This document shows, one piece after another, positions 59,109-64,000 of a DNA stretch of 64,000 nucleotides. Numbering within the stretch: position 1 is the stretch's first letter; each line of letters begins with the position of its first letter. Position numbers and translations under genes: made by a program. The notes under the pieces are model-generated. The model had not been told where the DNA came from. It did no database searches and was given only the letters and a program-made list of their open reading frames with translations. Origin of the DNA: Deltaproteobacteria bacterium (GTDB lineage: Bacteria > Desulfobacterota_D > UBA1144 > Nemesobacterales > JAJCZQ01); the NCBI GenBank assembly GCA_029262335.1, contig JAJCZQ010000039.1, forward strand, positions 2,138 through 66,137. Direction: 5' to 3'.

Positions 59109-60146
59109 TTGAATATCAGGGAAAAATACCAGGAAATTGAAAAAAAGAGTCTTTCCTCTTTTGCCAAGTTGAGTTCAGAATCAAAGGGAAGGCAGATAAG
59201 TGAAGATGAATGTGCAATTAGGACACCTTTTCAGCGCGACAGGGACAGGATAATACACTGCAAATCATTCAGAAGAATGAAACACAAAACCCAGGTCTTT
59301 TTATCTCCCGCCAACGACCATTACAGGACAAGGCTTACCCATGTCATTGAAGTCTCCCAGATTGCCCGCACCATCGCCAGGGCCCTTAGCCTGAACGAAG
59401 ATCTTGCCGAGGCAATTGCCCTTGGCCATGACCTCGGACATACGCCGTTTGGCCACGCAGGTGAGAATGCATTAAATGATATTTATCCCGAAGGATTTAA
59501 GCATGTTATACACAGTCTGAGAGTGGTAGACGTACTTGAGAATAACGGCAGGGGCCTTAACCTTACCTACGAGGTAAGGGACGGTATTGCAAAACATTCC
59601 AAAGGTATGGGGCCGGTTGATAATCCAAAATACAGGCCTGAAACAATGGAAGGGCAGGTGGTAAGGGTCTCGGACCTTGTTGCCTATGCTAACCACGACC
59701 TTGATGATGCAATCAGGTCCGGAATAATAACACTCAGTGATGTTCCGAAAGAGTATATAGATATTCTCGGCGAAAATAGTTCATCAAGAGTTAACAAAAT
59801 GGTTACGGATATTGTTTTTAAAACACTTGATGATAATAGTGGAAAGGTTGTTATAGGCACGGAAGTCGAAGAAGCAATTTTAGGACTCAGGAAGTACTTA
59901 TTTAATACGGTTTACATGAATGAAAAAATTAAAAACACTTTTGATAAGGCAAAAAAAGTAATAAAGGAACTTTATTCTTACATGTGCGAAAATGAAGAAG
60001 AGTTCTGGGAATTATATCAAAAAGAACCCTTAAAAGATGAAACTGTTGAGAGACAGATCTGTGATTTTATTGCCGGTATGACGGATTCGTATGCACTAAA
60101 TCTGTATTATAAACTATTTCTTCCTGACAAATGGAAGGTTGGCTGA
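59109..60146 (+). CDS. dGTP triphosphohydrolase-like HD-domain protein
   Basis: 345 aa with FQRDRDRIIHCKSFRRMKHKTQVF, RLTHVIEVSQI and GHDLGHTPFGH. TTG start. Confidence 0.8.
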   Translation: MNIREKYQEIEKKSLSSFAKLSSESKGRQISEDECAIRTPFQRDRDRIIHCKSFRRMKHKTQVFLSPANDHYRTRLTHVIEVSQIARTIARALSLNEDLAEAIALGHDLGHTPFGHAGENALNDIYPEGFKHVIHSLRVVDVLENNGRGLNLTYEVRDGIAKHSKGMGPVDNPKYRPETMEGQVVRVSDLVAYANHDLDDAIRSGIITLSDVPKEYIDILGENSSSRVNKMVTDIVFKTLDDNSGKVVIGTEVEEAILGLRKYLFNTVYMNEKIKNTFDKAKKVIKELYSYMCENEEEFWELYQKEPLKDETVERQICDFIAGMTDSYALNLYYKLFLPDKWKVG

Positions 60147-60164
60147 GGTTAGGGAGTACATATA

Positions 60165-60956
60165 TTGTTAAAACTCGGAGATGTACCTTTTATAAATTCA
60201 AAGCCGCTGTTCTATGCCCTTGAGCTGGGCCTTGTCCCGCACCAGTTCTCTATAGAAAACCATCCACCTTATATTTTGTCCAAACTATTATCAGAAAAGA
60301 AAATAGACCTCGGGCTTATCCCTGTTGCGGAACTTGTTAAAAAAGGCGGATATAAAGTAATTCCTGATATATCCATATCCTCATTTGGTAAAGTGGACAG
60401 TGTACTTCTGATATCAAAAAAAGAGATCAGGGATATAAAAACAGTAGCCCTGGATATGAGGTCTCAAAGTTCATCAAGCCTGATCAGGGTAATTTTCAAC
60501 AGTTTCTACGGTATGAAGCCTGAATATGTTATCAAGGACCATAAACAGAATTTTTTTGATGGAGTTGATGCAGGGATGATTATAGGTGATGCAGGGCTTC
60601 AGTACCTTTTTAAAAATAAAGATGGATTTATTGTTTATGACCTCGGGGAAATCTGGACAGAAAAAACAGGTCTTCCTTTTGTTTACGCGGTTCTGGCTGT
60701 TAACAGGGATGTGGATTTGAAGGAAAATGCCGGAGTATTTGCAGAATCAAAAGAAATCGGCAAACAAAAAATAGATGAAATATGTGAAAATGAGCATAAA
60801 AAAATCGGAATTGATTTTGAAATGTGTAAAAAGTATATTACCAGCCGGATAAGGTATGATCTTGGAGGCCCGGAGCAGGAGGGTATAAGAAAATTTGCAT
60901 GTTACCTTAATGATGTTGGTATAACTACCGGTTTTGAAAAATTAGAATTTTACTAA
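60165..60956 (+). CDS. mqnA: Chorismate dehydratase (futalosine pathway)
   Basis: 263 aa with a periplasmic-binding-protein-like fold pattern: LKLGDVPFINSKPLFYALE ... PFVYAVLAV. TTG start behind AGGGAG. Confidence 0.7.
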   Translation: MLKLGDVPFINSKPLFYALELGLVPHQFSIENHPPYILSKLLSEKKIDLGLIPVAELVKKGGYKVIPDISISSFGKVDSVLLISKKEIRDIKTVALDMRSQSSSSLIRVIFNSFYGMKPEYVIKDHKQNFFDGVDAGMIIGDAGLQYLFKNKDGFIVYDLGEIWTEKTGLPFVYAVLAVNRDVDLKENAGVFAESKEIGKQKIDEICENEHKKIGIDFEMCKKYITSRIRYDLGGPEQEGIRKFACYLNDVGITTGFEKLEFY

Positions 60957-60979
60957 AGTGAGAAAGAAAGGAGATTAAA

Positions 60980-61813
60980 TTGAGCAAACTTAAGATGCGA
61001 TTAGGCCACAGTCCTGACCCGGATGATGCCTTTATGTTTTATGCAATTGCAAAGGAAAAAATTACATCAGAACTCGTTGATTTTGAACATGTTGTTGAAG
61101 ACATTCAGTCACTTAACAAAAGGGCATTAAACAAAGAGCTTGAGACAACAGCCATATCAGCTCATGGCTACCTCAAGGTGCAGGACGATTACAGGATTAT
61201 GACGTGCGGCGCCAGTATGGGTGACGGATACGGTCCAATTGTTGTAGCCAATGAAAATATAGATAGTCTGAAGGGGAAAAAGATTGCTGTTCCCGGCAAG
61301 CTGACTACTGCTTACCTGCTTTTAATGCTGTATGTTGATGATTTTATACCGGTAGAAGCTGCTTTTGACGACATTATTGGCGAGGTTAAAAGCGGAAATG
61401 TAGATGCCGGCCTGTTGATTCATGAAGGCCAGCTTACCTACAAAGAGCACGATCTTGTTTTGCTTCACGACCTCGGTGTTCTATGGGCTGAGGAGACTTC
61501 ACTTCCGCTACCGCTTGGATTAAATGTTATAAGAAGAGACATAAGTGAAGATCTGCAAAATGAGATACTAAGAGTCCACCAGGAAAGCATTGAATACTCC
61601 CTCGCAAATAAGGAAGAAGCACTGGAATATGCACTTGATTTCGGAAGGGGTATTGATACCGAAGTAAATGAAAAATTTGTATTAATGTATGTAAACGACC
61701 TTACTGTAGGCCTGGGTGAAAACGGAGTTGCAGCACTTAAATATCTGTTTGACAGGTCGTATGAAAAAGGCCTGATTGATAATGAGCCAAGACTTGATAT
61801 TCTTGGCGGTTAA
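60980..61813 (+). CDS. mqnD: 1,4-dihydroxy-6-naphthoate synthase (futalosine pathway)
   Basis: 277 aa with LRLGHSPDPDDAFMFYAI ... LLIHEGQLTY. TTG start behind AAGGAG. Confidence 0.75.
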   Translation: MSKLKMRLGHSPDPDDAFMFYAIAKEKITSELVDFEHVVEDIQSLNKRALNKELETTAISAHGYLKVQDDYRIMTCGASMGDGYGPIVVANENIDSLKGKKIAVPGKLTTAYLLLMLYVDDFIPVEAAFDDIIGEVKSGNVDAGLLIHEGQLTYKEHDLVLLHDLGVLWAEETSLPLPLGLNVIRRDISEDLQNEILRVHQESIEYSLANKEEALEYALDFGRGIDTEVNEKFVLMYVNDLTVGLGENGVAALKYLFDRSYEKGLIDNEPRLDILGG

Positions 61814-61833
61814 AAAATAAAATTAAATAACTC

Positions 61834-61862
61834 TTGCAATTTACACTCTGAAGTTATAGAAT
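61834..61862 (+). promoter_or_regulatory. Sigma-70-type promoter driving the riboswitch RNA
   Basis: TTGCAA (61834-61839), a 17-nt spacer, then TAGAAT (61857-61862). This predicts a start near 61869, a few nt before the aptamer. Confidence 0.5.
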
Positions 61863-61871
61863 TAGTTTAGA

Positions 61872-61962
61872 GCTTAACCGTAAGGGCAAACCATTTGAAA
61901 GGATGGGACGCAAAGCCAACGACCTAACCCCTTCGGGGTATGGTGGCCGGGTTGCCGATTTA
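61872..61962 (+). promoter_or_regulatory. c-di-GMP-I (GEMM-I) riboswitch aptamer
   Basis: GGGCAAACCAUUUGAAAGGAUGGGACGCAAAGCCAACGACCUAACCCCUUCGGGGUAUGGUGGCCGGGUUGCCGAU aligns almost base for base with the V. cholerae Vc2 aptamer. Shared elements are the GAAA tetraloop hairpin, ACGCAAAGCC, the CCUAA/UAUGG tetraloop receptor and GGGUUnCCGAU. Confidence 0.9.
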
Positions 61963-62058
61963 TTGAAGGTTTACTCTCCGTACCCTCCCTTGACCCGGGG
62001 CTGGCTTTCTCATCCTTAGTTTGCCTGTTGAATTAATAGATTTATTTGACTCAGGATG

Positions 62059-62099
62059 GGGAATGAATATTTCAAATGATTTATTCATTCCTTTTTTTT
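62059..62099 (+). terminator. Hairpin plus T8, plus-strand sense, about 100 nt after the aptamer
   Basis: ggaatgaata (62060-62069), a 12-nt loop, tattcattcc (82-91), then TTTTTTTT (92-99). The stem is AT-rich. The right arm overlaps the stop codon (62081-62083) of the convergent gene. Confidence 0.5.
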
Positions 62100-63118
62100 A
62101 TCATTTCCAGAAAATCCCTTAAAAATTCAATCAATATCAAAAACCTTTCAGGATCTTTATCAGGCAGTCTGTATCTTTTATTTATTTCAATTTGCATTGA
62201 GGGGATTCCAAGTTGGGTTGCAGCATATTTAGTTACTGTCTGCTGTTTGGATGCCGGAAACTTATCAAGACTTCCGCAGCTGATTCCGTATTTCTCAGCG
62301 GTATTATAAAAATCATCAAGGATATTTGTTTGCCCGAGTAAGAATTCCTTATCTCTTCCAATGCCGGGGTATATATCAAACTCCCTTTCCTCACCTGTGC
62401 CGTGAATGTCCAGCAAAAAATTGTGAGGTGTATCTTTACACATTATTCCGAGCCTTGTTTTATAATCACAGTTGTCATAGTAGTTGGGGTCAGAAATTGA
62501 TACTGAATTTGTATATACGGCAGTTGAACAGGTAAGGGAATGCATCAACGCGGAAAGAGCGGCCGTATAACGTTCAAATATTTTATACTTATTCAGTCTT
62601 ATATGGTTTGTTGCATGAGGTGCTGATAAAATAATGCCGCTATCACCCCTGAGTAATAATGTTTTTTCTTCGGAAAGGTGGCGATAGTAAAATTTATGTG
62701 ATTTCTCAAAATTTGTTATAAACGATAACGGGTTTTCCTTTATTTTCCTGCTGAAAGTGAGCCAGCTCCCGGAGGTTATTATCAGGTTCTGATTAAAAAT
62801 TTCCGGCTCTTTCAGAACATAAATAAAACTTTCAGTCCCGTTAATTGTAATACTAATTCTTTTAAAAATGCCATTTGAAGTATCTTCATAACTGTCGAGT
62901 GTTTTAAGCAGTGTGATTTTGTCCACGGGCAGTCTGTAAAGTTCGCCCCATATTACTGATGTTCCGTTTATTTCAGTGCTGGCAGCAGGAAAACCATACC
63001 CAGTGTCAAATAGTGTTCCCGGGATAGAAGTGTATTCAGTGAGGATGCAGTTTTTTAGCAGATAATTAGCAAACTCGCCTTTAAGTAAGGTGCCGTATAC
63101 AAACAGATACTCAGCCAT
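62081..63118 (-). CDS. Fusion protein: N-terminal gamma-glutamylcyclotransferase (AIG2/GGCT-like) domain plus C-terminal N-formylglutamate-amidohydrolase-like domain
   Basis: 345 aa. The N-terminus YLFVYGTLLKGE...GFPA...IWGELY is GGCT-like. The C-terminus ILSAPHATNH ... LLDIHGTG ... QIEINK resembles FGase / poly-gamma-glutamate-hydrolase-type zinc hydrolases. The start overlaps the upstream stop (ATGGCTGA). Confidence 0.55.
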   Translation of the reverse strand: MAEYLFVYGTLLKGEFANYLLKNCILTEYTSIPGTLFDTGYGFPAASTEINGTSVIWGELYRLPVDKITLLKTLDSYEDTSNGIFKRISITINGTESFIYVLKEPEIFNQNLIITSGSWLTFSRKIKENPLSFITNFEKSHKFYYRHLSEEKTLLLRGDSGIILSAPHATNHIRLNKYKIFERYTAALSALMHSLTCSTAVYTNSVSISDPNYYDNCDYKTRLGIMCKDTPHNFLLDIHGTGEEREFDIYPGIGRDKEFLLGQTNILDDFYNTAEKYGISCGSLDKFPASKQQTVTKYAATQLGIPSMQIEINKRYRLPDKDPERFLILIEFLRDFLEMIKKRNE

Positions 63119-64000
63119 TTAAATTTTTGTATTTATCATTTCTGGACCAGATTATATTTCCCCCGACCATGTTCATTTGAAGCTGGTCTTTTGTTGATAA
63201 CAGGACCTGAAGGTAAGGGTCGGCAGGTTTGGTTTTATATGAAAGAAAAATAAGGTCTGCTGCTTTCCCGGCTTCTATGCTGCCGGTCTCCTTATCGATA
63301 AACAAAGACCTTGCTCCACCAAGCGTGGCGCAGTAAACAGTCTGAAAAGAAGCTTCCTTTCCCATAAATCCGGAAAGTAAAAGATGAAGGGCCTTCATTT
63401 CTTCAAAATAATCCAGGTTGTAATTGCTGGATAACCCGTCTGTCCCCAGGCCGAGTCTTTCGAGTTTTACAAGATTCTTTAAAGGCGGGACACCTACTTT
63501 CAGAAAAAGGTTACTTCTCGGGCAAAGTATGATTCCAACAGGTTTTTTTCTTATCCTGTTTATATCTGATTTACTCAGCTGTACTCCGTGGATAATAGTT
63601 GATCTTGTGTTCAGGTCCTTGTTAAAGTTTGAAAAATATTCCACCGGGCTTTTTGCAGCAGGTCTTTTGAAATTGCTTTTTTCTATCAGGGGAAAGATTT
63701 TATTTTCAAAATTATTTTTCTTTTGCTTAATAAAGTCAGTTTCTTCAGGGCTTTCACCCAAGTGAATGCCTGTTGGGATGTCTTTTTTACGTGAATGTTT
63801 GTAAATCTCTTTTAAGAGCTTTGGCGAACAGGAATAAGGGGCATGGGGAAAGGGCCTTTTTTCGATTAATCCATCTTTGCCAAAGGGTTTTGTTTCTATA
63901 AGGCCGGTATCCTTATCAAACAGCTCCTCAAATATTATTGCTCTTAACCCTGACTTTTTAAGAAGAGGTATATCAGCTCCGCCAAATGAGGATATCTCTC
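63111..64000 (-). CDS. Metal-dependent amidohydrolase (deaminase/chlorohydrolase-type), C-terminal part; N-terminus beyond the right window edge
   Basis: The frame is open to base 64000. My translation upstream of the track ORF gives ...RPFPHAPYSCSPKLLKEIYKHSRKKDIPTGIHLGESPEE, then ILCPRSN, LGTDGLSSN and IEAGKAADLI. The M in the track is a TTG inside the gene. Confidence 0.75.
   Translation of the reverse strand, partial: EISSFGGADIPLLKKSGLRAIIFEELFDKDTGLIETKPFGKDGLIEKRPFPHAPYSCSPKLLKEIYKHSRKKDIPTGIHLGESPEETDFIKQKKNNFENKIFPLIEKSNFKRPAAKSPVEYFSNFNKDLNTRSTIIHGVQLSKSDINRIRKKPVGIILCPRSNLFLKVGVPPLKNLVKLERLGLGTDGLSSNYNLDYFEEMKALHLLLSGFMGKEASFQTVYCATLGGARSLFIDKETGSIEAGKAADLIFLSYKTKPADPYLQVLLSTKDQLQMNMVGGNIIWSRNDKYKNLNG

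Noticed and set aside
59109-60146. The dGTPase-like gene as an anti-phage nucleotide-depletion defence gene
   Set aside because: It is embedded between hisF and mqnA with tight housekeeping-type spacing and normal composition. No other defence genes are nearby. It looks like the ordinary dgt-like paralogue.
62076-62309. A 77-aa plus-strand ORF as the gene controlled by the c-di-GMP riboswitch
   Set aside because: It lies entirely antisense to the well-formed C-terminus of the 62081..63118 gene. Its start sits in the loop of the terminator-like hairpin, and the T8 run follows within its first codons. It has no SD at a proper distance, and its composition is a hydrophobic shadow.
1-64000. A search for tRNA, rRNA and tmRNA genes, IS elements, prophage genes, toxin-antitoxin pairs and recognised defence systems
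   Set aside because: None was recognised by eye in any intergenic gap or ORF. The only structured RNA I could identify is the GEMM-I aptamer. A tRNAscan, Infernal and defence-system HMM scan would be needed to be sure.

Overview
This is a 64-kb chromosomal window from a low-GC bacterium, judged by eye and not computed. The organism looks aerobic (caa3-type oxidase) and makes menaquinone by the futalosine route. About 65 genes are supportable and most are housekeeping. They include metG-holB-tmk, priA-glnE, a seven-gene SCO1/ctaCDE/coxIV/ctaA/ctaB oxidase cluster, mreBCD-mrdA-rodA, trxB, tatA, rng, hisAF, purT, pepF and mqnA/mqnD. No rRNA, tRNA, CRISPR array, transposase, integrase or phage gene was seen. 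The least ordinary items are listed here. (1) A canonical c-di-GMP-I (GEMM-I) riboswitch at about 61.87-61.96 kb has its own near-consensus promoter but no downstream ORF. It faces a convergent operon encoding an amidohydrolase and a GGCT/formylglutamate-amidohydrolase-like fusion, and a hairpin plus T8 overlaps that operon's stop codon. (2) An orphan nuoF is tightly linked to three AT-rich genes of unknown function at 26.4-30.1 kb. (3) A cofG-cofH-photolyase cluster is present. (4) A TPR gene is split exactly at in-frame A_AAA_AAG heptamers. (5) Nested REP/MITE-like palindromic modules bracket a secreted hydrolase gene. (6) An FAD-oxidoreductase/CcoG-like polyferredoxin pair sits next to a large nitroreductase-like protein. 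All functional calls rest on motif recognition by eye, and no database search was run.
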